A stretch of DNA of 64,000 nt from Schizosaccharomyces osmophilus. Lineage: Eukaryota. Positions 24,345 to 35,948 of this stretch are shown one piece after another. Each line of letters starts with the position of its first letter. The first letter of the stretch is position 1. Location: contig NC_079238.1 of the NCBI RefSeq assembly GCF_027921745.1, forward strand, positions 4,092,001 through 4,156,000. Direction: 5' to 3'. Below the pieces are notes generated by a model. That model made no database searches. It was not told the DNA's origin and worked only from the letters and a program-made list of their open reading frames with translations. Made by a program: the position numbers and the translations under genes.

Positions 24345-25477
24345 ATGGAAAGCCCATCTTTGCTAGAGGTTCTTCAAGTGCAAGAAATTGATGAATTGAT
24401 TTTACCATCTATAAAATATATTTTTGCTGTAAGCTCAGTCAAAGACTGTTTTGTCTAATAAATCGTAGTATTTCACACATAGATATCCTAGACATTTATT
24501 ACGTGTCTACAACTCCCTGGACGATTTTTATAATGTTTTGAAAGTCGTTATTGAATATCGAAGCCTAAAAAAATGGAATTGTACATCGGTTGAAAGGAGG
24601 TTTCAATTGAAGCGAGTCAAATATGTGAAAAACGCAGAAAGTCTAGCTAGTCTGTTTCCGGAAGAAGTTAATTCAGCTGTTAAGCTGAGTCAAATGGGTA
24701 TTTTAACGAAAATTTTTTTGAGCGTAAGTTTTGAAACTTTGGTTGTCCTCCATCCATACTGACTTTTGTTAGTATTGTGCGCCATACTTAATTTCTAAAT
24801 TTAATACGTTGTCGGATAGTACAAGGTTTCTAGAGTTGAATATCAATTACAATACGGAACATAACAGCACAGAGAGTGAAGGTCATGGACGTCCAAGTGT
24901 TTTTCGGACCTTTTGCTCAAAGATCCTATCAAAACTGAAGAGACTCTCGACCATATTGAAGTTTACGTTTCAATTAGCATCCAAGTTTTACAAAAATCTT
25001 CGATGGATTTATTACCTGCTATTTGCTTTGGGTATAATTCCATTCTCCAATCCTGTCGATCATTTATTAAAGCAACGTCTTGTTTACGATACCAGGATTT
25101 CCAACATTACTTCCGAAAAAGCACCTAATTTGTATGCGCTTCCTTCACTTCTAGACAACTCGATGAATATTTTCCTATCACTAGTCCAGGTTTTAGACTG
25201 GTGGCAGACAAATGATTATGCCACTCAAATTAAGAAAGGAAGAGTCGCATTTACTGAGCTTGAACCACCAGAACTTTCTGTCAAGAATACATCTCTCACA
25301 AAGAACATTTGTAGAATTTGTGGCCACACTATTAAAAACCCGGCCGTTTTAACTACCGGCTTTGTATTTTGCTATCCATGCATCCAGAGCTGGCTTAAGG
25401 ATAATCCCTTCATATGCCCGGTCACAAAATTGAATTTAATCAGAAAAGAAAATTCATTTTGGAGGATAATGGTGTAA
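24345..25477 (+). CDS. pex12: Peroxisomal RING peroxin Pex12; exons 24345-24428, 24469-24723, 24773-25477
   Basis: PSLLEVLQVQE...HRYPRHLLR, SVERRFQLKR, QVLDWW, degenerate RING CRICGHTIKNPAVLTTGFVFCYPCI..CPVT. Confidence 0.88.
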
Positions 25478-25535
25478 TCGTCTATCCAAGTTCATCATCT
25501 AAGGAAATATAAAAACACCAAATGTTTTGAAATTA

Positions 25536-27062
25536 TTAATTATTTGCAATGTCAGTCCAAAGAGTTTTAGCGTTCTTTGTTAATGTATCGCTTAAGATAG
25601 TTAGCGGGTTTTGTTTTACATATATTTCATGAATCATGTCGAGTTTTCCCAGAATCCTTCCATCCATAATAAGTCCAATGAGTGATTGTTCAATAATGTA
25701 CGTAGTCACACCCAGCTTCTCAGCTAGCAAACTCAACCGCACAGTCGTGTAAGGTTGAATCAATTCCAACAGAACCTGGCTTCTGATACTATAAAGGATT
25801 TTATCAACGTACTGACGAATAAAATCATCTTCCATAATATCTTGCCGGTGCTCAATGAGCAACTTTTCCACCTCTTTAATATCACGTTTTTGATATGCTT
25901 CCACCAATTTAGTCATAGCAATGACATGTGGGTTTTCTTTGTACGGTTGGGTCTCTGGGGAATCGAAAGGATTAATTTCAGATTCGCAAAGCATATTAGA
26001 TAAAACAAGATATTTTAGCACCCGAACACGGGCCGTAGAACCAGCTTCATCATAACACTTGAAAGATTCAAAAAAGTTTGTCTGTGCTTCAGACCACTGC
26101 CCTTCTTGCATATGCATTTTACCACCGCATTCGCGAATAATACCCATGATTTTAGGATGAGGGATGGCAGTTTTGATTCTGAGGGAACTTTGATATAACT
26201 CCTTTAATCGTTTATTGTCCTCAAGACTAGAATACATTTGAATTTCCAGTGAATAAAGTTCCAACAAATGTGTCTCTCTATTTTGGTCTGTAACAGAAGT
26301 GTTTTCATTTGAGAGAAGAAGATGCATCTGCCGCAAAAGAGACTTAAACTTGACATAATTTTTCTGCGAAAGGAAGAATCGAGCTACGTGCATCAATGAT
26401 TTCATCGTTAATCGTTCATTATTAAGCTTCTGAAGAGCTTGAGTTGTAATTTCATAAAACGTTTCCAAGAACCGAGCATTGCTAGAAGACGATGCATAAT
26501 CCACTATGTTATAAATTGATTTTTCTGCATAATTTTTAGTGATACTCGGCCATTCTGCATAATCAAGTAATTGCTGATAATACTTTAACATCTAAAATTT
26601 AAACAGGTCAGCACAGGAGCCTAGCCATATAAATGGTGCATACCTCATCCAGCTGATCCATACGGAACACGATCTTTAAAACCTGCTTTAAAGACTTAAA
26701 AGCCCTATAAAGTTCATTAGTATTCATAAGCGTAAGTTATTGTGAGTGCTTACCATTCATTCTTTTCGGATTTGCATTTGTCAACGATTTCTAAAAATGA
26801 TTTAACAGCTGCGCCAGCATCTTCCTCCCTTAAGGCTACATCCAATTTGTAAGTATGCGTCCACAAAACGAATATCCTTTGCTAGAAGGCTATACCTTTT
26901 GAATAGTAGTACGAGTTCTCAACATCAACGTCCGGCTCGACCATATCATCATCATCATCCTCAAATTCGAACTCATAATCTTCATCATCTCTGCATTTGT
27001 TAGCACACATCATTTGAGAATAAAAGATAATCCACTTACTCTAACATAAAATCGTCCGCCAT
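25536..27062 (-). CDS. csn2: COP9 signalosome subunit 2; exons 27040-27062, 26896-26990, 26754-26835, 26644-26704, 25536-26591
   Basis: MADDFMLEDDEDYEFEF, DVENSYYYSK, EWAFKSLKQ, NYAEKSIYNI, AIPHPKIMGIIRECGGKMH, INPFDSPETQPYK; four GT-AG introns keep the frame. Confidence 0.93.
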
Positions 27063-27536
27063 TTTAAAGATACTGACTATTGAATAGGTTTCGCTGTTCC
27101 TCTGCTACTCATATATCATACTAGTAAGAAGCAATACAACGATAGAAAAAATACATGCAAACTCAAACCCAAGAGTATTTTGTATTTAATATACATAAAT
27201 GAATGTACATTTCCTTATTGAAAGCGATGTGCTTGTCAAAACTTTCATTTGCCCTACGTATTGTCTCCTACTAATGCGACGTTTCCAATGAAGAGGTAAT
27301 ATCCAGAGAACTTGTAAACTGAAATCAAAAATTTACAAAAGGATTTTAAGCTCCTGTACAAAAGCTAAAGCTACCTATATGTATGCCCACAACATTCCAG
27401 TTCAAGTTCATTGAATTTCGCTTCACTAATGTTTACCAATGATAGAGATAAAAGGAATAATTAGCACGTTGTAGTTTATAGCGAAAAGCGCTACGTATCC
27501 TAAAAATAAACAACGTATTCTGTACCTGAAGGAAAT

Positions 27537-27544
27537 CGTGACTG
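27537..27544 (-). promoter_or_regulatory. HomolD box (CAGTCACG) upstream of rpl37
   Basis: Plus strand CGTGACTG about 90 bp upstream of the ribosomal-protein ATG; matches the CAGTCAC(A/G) consensus. Confidence 0.6.
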
Positions 27545-27635
27545 TCTTTTTACACCAACGAAATGTGAGGCTGTAGTACATGAAAGATTTCACCTCAGCC
27601 AAAGGCCCTGACATTTTCAAGAAGCAGCAGCAAAA

Positions 27636-27978
27636 ATGAGTAAGGGTACATCTTCTATGGGAAAAAGGGGCAACAAGTCCCATACCCTCTGTCGTCGTTG
27701 TGGAAAGCGCTCTTTCCATAAGCAAAAGAGCACTTGTGCTTCTTGCGGTTATCCTTCCGCCAAGACTCGTAGCTTCAACTGGGGTGCCAAGGCTAAGAGA
27801 AGAAAAGCCACCGGTACCGGTCGTATGGAACACATGAAGAAGGTTCACCGTAGCTTCGTTAACGGATTCCGTAAGTGATTTTTGTTTTAATTCATTTCCT
27901 GTTCATAAACTAACCAAATATTTAGGTACTGGTGTTAAGCCTGCTACTGGATCTAAGGTTACCGCCTCTTCTGCTTAA
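27636..27978 (+). CDS. rpl37: 60S ribosomal protein L37 (eL37); exons 27636-27870, 27926-27978
   Basis: Zn-finger [35 protein letters not shown]. Intron GTAAGT..CTAAC..TAG near the 3' end. Confidence 0.95.
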
Positions 27979-28589
27979 GTTTAGTGCATTCAGATCAATT
28001 ATTTCTGAACAGGGAGCGCCTGTTCCGATATAAAATTTGTATTCTCTGACTGGATCCTTTTTATTTGCAGTTTTTGGGAAAGAAATATAATCTATGTTCT
28101 TTTCATTTTTATGTACTGTTATCATCGCGTAGATCCGTTTAGTAGTGGTACCCTAGTTTCAAAGTAGTGAAGTAAGAAACGTCGATAGTGAAATCAGAGC
28201 TTATGAGCAAGGTATAAAGTAGTTTCAAACTTGGTCATTTTGTCTACAGATGAATGAATAAGGTCAAATTTATCACAGACATTTCAAGGTAATTGGATTG
28301 ATTTTCGTTGCTTCTATGCTTATTGTTATTCATTTATTTTATCTCATGTACTGTTGATCTTTCTGCTTGACTGCAATTTGGCATACAAAAGTCAAGTCTA
28401 AAGTTGATCACTTGTTTCTTCAGAATCGCTCTCATAGTATTGTTTACACCTCTTTTTTCCTATCCAAAGTTGTAAAAATTTCCAGATTATATACACATAT
28501 GACCTAAAATTTACTTTTCCTGTTGAAATAACTACATATGAAGTTTCGTTTTCAATTCAGTTTCTCAATGCCACGACAAAATATTCAAT

Positions 28590-29375
28590 ATGTCGGAACC
28601 TTCTCTTACTGACCTGGAACAAGAGTCCTTCTCTAATCAAGAAAAACTAATCGACTCGTTTTTGGCAAAAGGACCACAAGCGTTGGCTGATACTGCTTCG
28701 TCCAGCGTAAATGAGCAATCAGGTTTATCGACTGAACAAGAACTCAAAAAGTATAAGGAATTCTTCTCTCAACTCAAGTTTTCGTACATAGAACAGGGAA
28801 CAAAAGAAAGATATTTGCGCGCAATTCTTGATGATCCTCCTTTACTAGTTGAGACTGAAGATAATGAAAAGCTAGAGTCTACGATATCTGAACTGAAAAT
28901 TCGCTTGAAACAACGAAAGGACGATGTTGAATCGTTGAAGAAAGAAATTGTTTCTGAGTGCAACGAAATTGCTGAAAAGTATGATGCAACGTTAAAGGAA
29001 TCCAAAGAAGCAAAAGCACTCTTGGTCGAATACAGAACACTCGAGAAAGAGTTACAAAGCTTAAACCAAGATGACATGACTAACGCGCCCATCCTTCCAG
29101 ATTTAGAAAAAGAAATACCTGTTTTAAAACAAGAACTTTTGGACACTGATGATTCCATAAAGTCGATCAATTCTCAGTTAGAAAGAGAAGAACATCGCTT
29201 AGAACAACTGAAAAAGAATTATTCTACACTTGAAAAAGAACATGGTCATTTACAGCAAAGATCGAACAGTCTACGTGAATCTATGGATATGCGTGCCCCT
29301 GGAGACGATGCAAAGAGAAAGGTTCAAGCATGGTATACTTCTATGCTCGATATTTACAATCAAATGCTTCCTTAA
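28590..29375 (+). CDS. sos7: Kinetochore coiled-coil protein Sos7 (Kre28/Zwint-like)
   Basis: 261 aa; YKEFFSQLKFSYIEQGTKERYLRAILDDPP motif, long coiled coil, C-terminal WY; syntenic position. Confidence 0.82.
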   Translation: MSEPSLTDLEQESFSNQEKLIDSFLAKGPQALADTASSSVNEQSGLSTEQELKKYKEFFSQLKFSYIEQGTKERYLRAILDDPPLLVETEDNEKLESTISELKIRLKQRKDDVESLKKEIVSECNEIAEKYDATLKESKEAKALLVEYRTLEKELQSLNQDDMTNAPILPDLEKEIPVLKQELLDTDDSIKSINSQLEREEHRLEQLKKNYSTLEKEHGHLQQRSNSLRESMDMRAPGDDAKRKVQAWYTSMLDIYNQMLP

Positions 29376-29441
29376 ACCAAAAAGATCAGTTCTAACGGCA
29401 TCCACGTAAGCTAATCGAATTTTTGAATCTTTTTATTCTTC

Positions 29442-30644
29442 TTAATCTCTGTTTCTATCGGGAACCCAGCGACGTAACGACACGCACTGGATAGAATAGT
29501 GACTGAGAATTAATTTTGACCATTCCCACTGATCCATATTCTTTTGACGTTGCCAAAGGTCATTCAAAATTTCGGGTGCTGGGCAATGAACATAGCATAA
29601 TACAAGAGTCTTCTTCACTTGACCAACCGTGCGGTTAAGACAATGAAGTTCATGCCATTTGAGGTTCTGTTTTTGAGAATTTCCTACGCAAGGGAGTAAC
29701 AAAACCGCCAATTCAGCATGACTGAACACGGGGCCTCTCTTATATAGAACTAAAAAAGAGTTAGAAACTTATTGTTACTAAAGAATCAACATACGATAAT
29801 CCACTGAGAATTTTGTTCCTCCTTTTATTACCCATCCTTGTTGACGAAAGTAATAGTAAGCAGCAAGATCTACCAGGAACGAATTTTCTGGGCGAATGTG
29901 AGGGGTGGCATCAAGTTGACTGAAAGAAGTACCCGTGTTTTCGTTCCAAGCTTTAGTGTATTCTGGAGTCTGAGCAGCAATCTCAGCAAAATAGCGAAGC
30001 AAGGGAGTAGATGAAATATCTTCCGTCCCAGTGTTAGCAGTTAAAGCTCCTAGAGAAGATAGAAAAAAGGCCTCCGGAAATGTCAATTGCAAATGCTCAA
30101 GTTCGGGTACAGAGGTAACTTCAGAAGGATTTTGAGGGGGTGCAAATGAAGAAAAAGGGTCTAGTAGTTCTTTTGGAAGGGCAGCGTCCTCCTTGAGATG
30201 ATTTGGGATCTCTTCTTTACGTTCAATACATAACTGGCGTTCACGAGCACATTGCTCTCTATATGCTCGTTGCGCTTTGAATCTTTTTCTTTGTAATCTT
30301 CTCCTTGCAGTAATTTCTTCGGCCACTAAGTCTTCATCAAACCCCAACAGACCTAGCGATCGCTTTGTACGAACGTGCCATGTAGGCTCACTTCTAGAAA
30401 GATTCCCTTTCCCAAAAAATCCGCTCGTCCATAGTCTTCGTATACCTTCTCTATCTGTTACCAGGCAGCTACGAGTACTCGCGTCCACTGAACATTGTAC
30501 AGGAATTTGTTTAGGAGTTCTGGTGAAAAAGTAATAATAAATATAGGGAACCCATGTGATAGGATTTGTAGGAATTATAGGAGGCAGCGGTCTAGCTAAT
30601 AAGAATGGAAGAGGATCTTTATAAATTTCATGTGCTTTTGACAT
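29442..30644 (-). CDS. sen2: tRNA-splicing endonuclease catalytic subunit Sen2; exons 29795-30644, 29442-29749
   Basis: GFFGKGNLSRSEPTW, EHLQL, YYYFRQQGWVIKGGTKFSVDY|LLYKRGPVFSHAE, VKKTLVL, RRWVPDRNRD. Confidence 0.93.
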
Positions 30645-31214
30645 GTTATAGATTTTTTAGATTACAAAAGGTGTTGTTGTAATTTGTCCCAGGATACCTA
30701 AAGCCTACCATAGATTTTTCGTAAAACTTTTTATTTTCCTTTATTTGAAGACTTTTCAATTAATTCAAATAGTATTTTGTCACAGAATATTTAAAAACAG
30801 AGATATGGTCTCCATCAGTTGCGTTGGTATAATGCTCCACTATGCTTGCTTTTATTTTCAGCCAATATCAAAGGACTGAATGAAGCATTCAGAATCTCTT
30901 TATTAACAATCTATTATTTGAACTTTGATTATGAATACAGTCTCTGATCTCTAAAATACCTGATTTACCTAGTTTTTCCTTGAATTGAGTGAATGACTAT
31001 GATAGTTGAATGCACTATTTTCAGTTTTTAACCACATTTTTACAAAACTTATAGTTGAATTCTTTTTTCCTAATATTACGAAACGTTTAATTATTTATTC
31101 AAAGCAACCGTGATCGTTATACTTTGTCAGCGCGTTGAGATCGTAAACAGCTTATGAGCGAATCGAAATCGTATTTAAATTTATGATCTTTTGTTTTATA
31201 AAAAAGGTTAAAAT

Positions 31215-31969
31215 ATGAGGCGGTATCTTGGCTCCGTGATTTCAAATCCTCGGCCTGCACAAGCTCTTGGCATAAATCACCCTCTTATAGTCTTTTGTTT
31301 TATTGCTACTAGGACTTTGTCACTAGCTCCTGCTGTATATTGGTGCTTAAAATGTCTACACCTTTTCTTTTTTGGTGATGGTCGTGCATGGCTAGCATTA
31401 ACATCTGCTCTCTGGACAATTGTATGCAGCACTAAAATTATTTCGCTGATTATAAACTTACAAAGATGATTTAGGTTTCAGGGTACTTATCTTTTGTACT
31501 GACTACTGGGTTTTTATTAAAATGGTATGTGTCAATCCGAAAATAGTAGCAATTGGGTTACTATACGGTCATAGAATTTGAGCTAATTCTTAGGCTTATT
31601 CATTATTCTATCGCACCCACAATAATACGTTTATTGTCCCTTAATGTTATTAACTTTTCCTTTGTGTCTTTGAGTGTCAATTTTATAACTCATGGCGATA
31701 ATTCCCTTTTGCTCCCCGCTTGGATTGCCATATCTTGCTTTCAAACAGCTTCTTACATCGTTCAGGATTGGATTACTTCCCCCATTACCCGAACAGCCCC
31801 ATTTCCGTCTTCATCCTCCGCGGGTAATTCTCTGTCAAACAGACACAGCTTAGATTTTTTGGAAATTACAGTGTTTGCTGTTGTGCCTGTTGGTATTGCA
31901 AGTTTTTTCACAATGCTGATGCTTCTGTGGCAGATCTACAACGATCCGATATACTTTTTAGGCTCCTGA
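31215..31969 (+). CDS. eos1: EOS1-family N-glycosylation/ER membrane protein; exons 31215-31421, 31475-31524, 31594-31969
   Basis: RTLSLAPA, LWTI|VSGYLSF..GFLLKW|LIHYSIAPTIIRLLSLN, LPAWIAISC, YIVQDWITS, AVVPVGIASFFTM. Confidence 0.8.
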
Positions 31970-32205
31970 TGTACATAAGAAATAATTGCTTTAGTTTTGT
32001 TAAACCAAAATGCTTTATTTTTTTTGTAATACTTGCCTTTAAGGCTAATACATCTAGTTATAATTTTTTGCAAATAAATTAATAAGCGATTTACAGTGGA
32101 AACCAATTCGGAGTGCTTTAAACATTCATTAAAACTCTTATTAAAATAATTGACTCTATATATAAAATAAAAACAAACTGCGTGGGATAAGGCGGTAATA
32201 TAATA

Positions 32206-32227
32206 TGTTTGTTTACTTTTTGTTTAC
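32206..32227 (-). promoter_or_regulatory. FLEX/forkhead (Mei4/Fkh2) sites
   Basis: Perfect GTAAACAAACA (32206-32216) plus a second GTAAACA core (32221-32227), 64-85 bp upstream of the ATG at 32291. Confidence 0.55.
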
Positions 32228-32290
32228 ATCCTAAGGTTCAGAAACCACTCCAACTGAACGATCATAATTCCCTACGCTTCGGAAGAGAAA

Positions 32291-32939
32291 ATGGAAGATA
32301 ACGTCCTTAAAGATCGAACAGATATAGTAAACATATCCTCGTCTGTTCTTCCAAATGAAGAGTATCGCCCTAGCTCAACTTCAAACTATACGATAAAGAA
32401 CCAAGCAAGGAGCAAAAGTTCTGTAAATACAGAGTATTTTTCAGACGTTGAATCATTGCAGCAAGAATTATGTGAATCCGACGTTCCTTTTCTTTACATG
32501 AACGAAAACTTCAGTACGGCAAGAGATAGGAATAGCAGCAGTACCATCTTGACTGAAAAGCAAAACAAAACAGATAGTGTTGGAGAGAACGAAAAATATT
32601 TACTCGATGAAAATCAGCGCTTAAAAGAGGCAAACGAGCGTCTTCAAATGACATTGTTACAAATGGTAAGCAAACCCATTATGTGTGCAGTTTTTTTACA
32701 AAAATTAGGCCATCTCAGACACAGTCTCTGAGAAGGAGCAAGAGGAGATGCAAGCCGTCCGAAAGGAGCTAATTCGCGAAGTAATGGGCAGCAGCAAATC
32801 ACGTCTACATCAGATGGAAATCGAAAACAAAGACTTAAAGAAGTCTATTTCAGAAATGCAGGAGTATATAACGAAAATAGTCGATCGCTGTCTACAGAAT
32901 GAGTTTGCTCAGCAAATCCTTTCGATAGATGAAGCATGA
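32291..32939 (+). CDS. Lineage-specific coiled-coil protein; exons 32291-32665, 32709-32939
   Basis: Two ORF-track fragments join in frame through a 43-nt GTAAGC..TAG intron; heptad-rich C-terminal half. Confidence 0.7.
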
Positions 32940-32994
32940 ATTGAGAATCAAACACTGTATCCCTTTTCCAAGACGCCAGGATTATACATTGTGT

Positions 32995-34095
32995 TTAAAC
33001 GTTGAGTAACTTAAATGGAGGTGTTGATATTTTTCCCGTACACAAATAAATGACTGAATTCTCATTTTCGGATACACCTTTCATCGTATGTTTACTAACT
33101 TTGGAAAAGCACATTGTCAAATCTTCCAGCAAGCTAGAAAGGTTTGGACCGTTCACGACTTTGCAAAGAAAGGTCCCCGATTGTTTCAAGCCACGTAACG
33201 AAAATATTAAGGAAGATTGAGCTAAAAACAAAGAATCCATATGATCCTTAACAGTTAATAGTTCACGATTTCGCATAGCCGAATAAGGCTTTCTCGAAAT
33301 AGAAAATTCAAATCCCTGAACCATTGGAAACGGACGATTTAAATCACTCATTACAACGTCCGCACGTAATTCATTCAGCAGCGATCCTTGTTTTTCCATG
33401 GCTGCTTCATGCTCAATAGCCAACTGAAGGTAAGGTACAGAGGAGGGATCACCATACTGTGCAGATGCTTCTCGTAATTTTCTAGCACGTAATCCTGCTT
33501 TTACAACTTCTTCTTGAATAGCCATACTTAAGAAATTTCCCTGTATCGTGCTGCAGTTAGCTGGAGACCTTGACGGGATAATATCAACAGAAACGACTCT
33601 TCCTTCAGAGCCTATGTATTCCGAAGCAACGTTGTTCCATATTCCTGGAGAAGATCCCTTATCATGTTAATAGCTAAAATAAATATGAAAGAAGACCATA
33701 CCAAATTAATAACCAGTTGTCCGGGTGCAAATATTTTTTCCTTCTCATTTATCTAAAACAAATTGGTTAGCAATGTCATCAGATCACGCTTAAAAATGCA
33801 TCGCTGTATTTTTTCCTTTTTTCTTTTCTAAGAAAGAGCAAACCGTCAAATAAATTCACAGGCAACAAAACATCTCACTCAGTAATTTTCGAAAACCTAC
33901 ATGTTTCAGAAAAATAAAATAATCATTTTCCAGGGAAGCTCTATAAGAAGATAAAGATTGTGTTTTCCCTTGTCTTTGCTTTGTTGAGTAGAAAAACTTT
34001 TTGTTCAGACTAGTAATAGAAAATCGCCAATCAGTGCTTTTAGTCAAGCAATTTTTCCAGCTATTAACAAAGGTTGTTCTTTGAAAGAGATTCAT
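32995..34095 (-). CDS. FtsJ/RrmJ (Mrm2-like) mitochondrial rRNA methyltransferase-fold protein; exons 33901-34095, 33702-33752, 32995-33657
   Basis: Basic N-terminal presequence (..KKFFYST), INEKEKIFAPGQLVINL|GSSPGIW, VSVDII, IQGNF, DVVMSD, GTFLCKV. Confidence 0.82.
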
Positions 34096-34621
34096 TTTAC
34101 TTCGAAAGCATTTTACTTGGTTTCCAGATGTTTTATTATACTCATCGACAAAATTCCACAATGGGTGACTCGCTCTAGTAACTTTTACTCCAGTACAAAG
34201 TGCGCTAATAAAAACGGAAACGAACGCAGCTAACTAGGGTTAAAACTTATTTATGCGTATCTTTGAAATTTAATTCAAAGATAGTCGAATTTTGCAATTT
34301 ATGTTCAAGATCAAAAGTAAAGAAAATAGACCTGTAATTACTGAAATCCTTCCTTTTCGCCCAAGATTTTAGATTATCTACATTGAAAAAATACAGAAGC
34401 TTCATAACTAGCTAATTTTTCTCTTCTTGTTTCCTTTGTCTTTTAGTAGAACTTCATTCATCAGTTCGTTTGTTTATTTATTAAAGTACTTACGCTGTAC
34501 CTCAGTATATACATCTAATGCATTCTCCGCGTCGGTAACCATTCGGGGACGTTGCAAGCAAGTTCACCGAATACGCAACTAAGTGCTTGTGCTAGAGAAC
34601 GCGCACGTACGCAAAGCCAAT

Positions 34622-35757
34622 ATGAAGTTTGGCAAAATTCTTACTTATTTAACGCTTTTTGTGGTTGCGTGTCTTGCAAAACCAGATTTAAACTCTCGTA
34701 CTGATGACAATGGAATAATCACTATCGCTGGTAGACTTTTTCAGCGAATTGTCACTGGTAAACAAGATCACACTACTGTAGCACTGTTTTCAGTGGATGC
34801 TACGACTATGAACTGTGAAATTTGCCGGTATGTCTTTGTTTTTAATTCTCATGCGTTCGTCTTTGCTGATAATTTAGCCTTATTGAGCCCCAATTTAAAG
34901 CCTTAGCTTACTCTTACAAGCAGAAGTATGGCCTTGACAGTGGTATCAGATTCGTGTATGCGGACTTTGGTAAAAATAAGAATTTGTTTGAACAGGTACG
35001 GGTCTCTATTGCCAAAATGATCCAAGAATTAAGATTGTAACATATTCAGTTCGGTATCGAAAGTGTTCCCAATTTTTGGGTCTTCAAGCCCAACACTATA
35101 GTTCCTATTGCAGGAGATTTAAGCAGCGGGTAAGCAAACCGATTAAACGTAAAAATTTGAGCTCTTATTAACACTTGTTTAGTGTTGATGCCGACAAATT
35201 GGCTGCCTTGGTCTTGAAAGAAACTGGCAAAGGTGCGCCAATAATTTACCGTCAAGATCCGACTAAGAAATATGCTTCTCTGGTATCAACCGTCTTATGC
35301 GGTGCTGCTCTTTTCTTTACCAGAAAAATACTTTTGAAGGTTTTCACCAGCAGAAAAGTGTGGGCTGCTTTTAGTATTATCACTGTCATTACATTGAGTA
35401 GTGGATTCATGTTCACTCGTATCCGATTTACTCCTTATAGTCAACGCGGTGAAAATGGCGAAAATCTCTGGTTAGCCGGCTCGCAACAATATCAATTTGG
35501 CGCTGAAGTACAGGTTGTTTCATTAATCTGTAAGTATAGCAAGCTTTTGTGGTTGAAGTATATACTAACCTAATTTAGATACCGCTTTAACTATCAGCAC
35601 CATCTTCCTAACTGTAATTGCACCTAAAGTTCGGGGTGCTAAACGCCAAACCCTCTTTGTCCTTTTCTGGCTTATTGTATTATGGCTTGGTTATAGCTTC
35701 CTTGTTGATGTTTTCCAAAGAAAGATGCAGATGTATCCTTTTAAGCTTTTACTTTAG
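34622..35757 (+). CDS. ost3: Oligosaccharyltransferase gamma subunit Ost3/Ost6; exons 34622-34827, 34878-34995, 35050-35129, 35183-35529, 35579-35757
   Basis: Signal peptide, thioredoxin-like CEIC, SGFMFTRIRFTPY, QYQFGAEVQVV, C-terminal YPFKLLL; four canonical introns. Confidence 0.9.
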
Positions 35758-35948
35758 ATGTTCACTGTTGGTTTGAGTGAGGAAGGAGATGAAAAAGATT
35801 AATCTCATGTTTTATTCTTAACGTACATTTATTAATCAAGACTTGTTTCTTAAAAATGTTTTACATTTATAATCATTAAAGCGAGAAATCATTGCGTATA
35901 GCAAAAGAGTTTTGTCGTTAAATAGTTACGGCAGTCGTCTACCTTTTC

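Noticed and set aside
27426..27848. 140-aa minus-strand ORF over rpl37 (likewise 154 aa over rpl18 at 37210-37674)
   Set aside because: Antisense ORFs typical of codon-biased ribosomal-protein genes.
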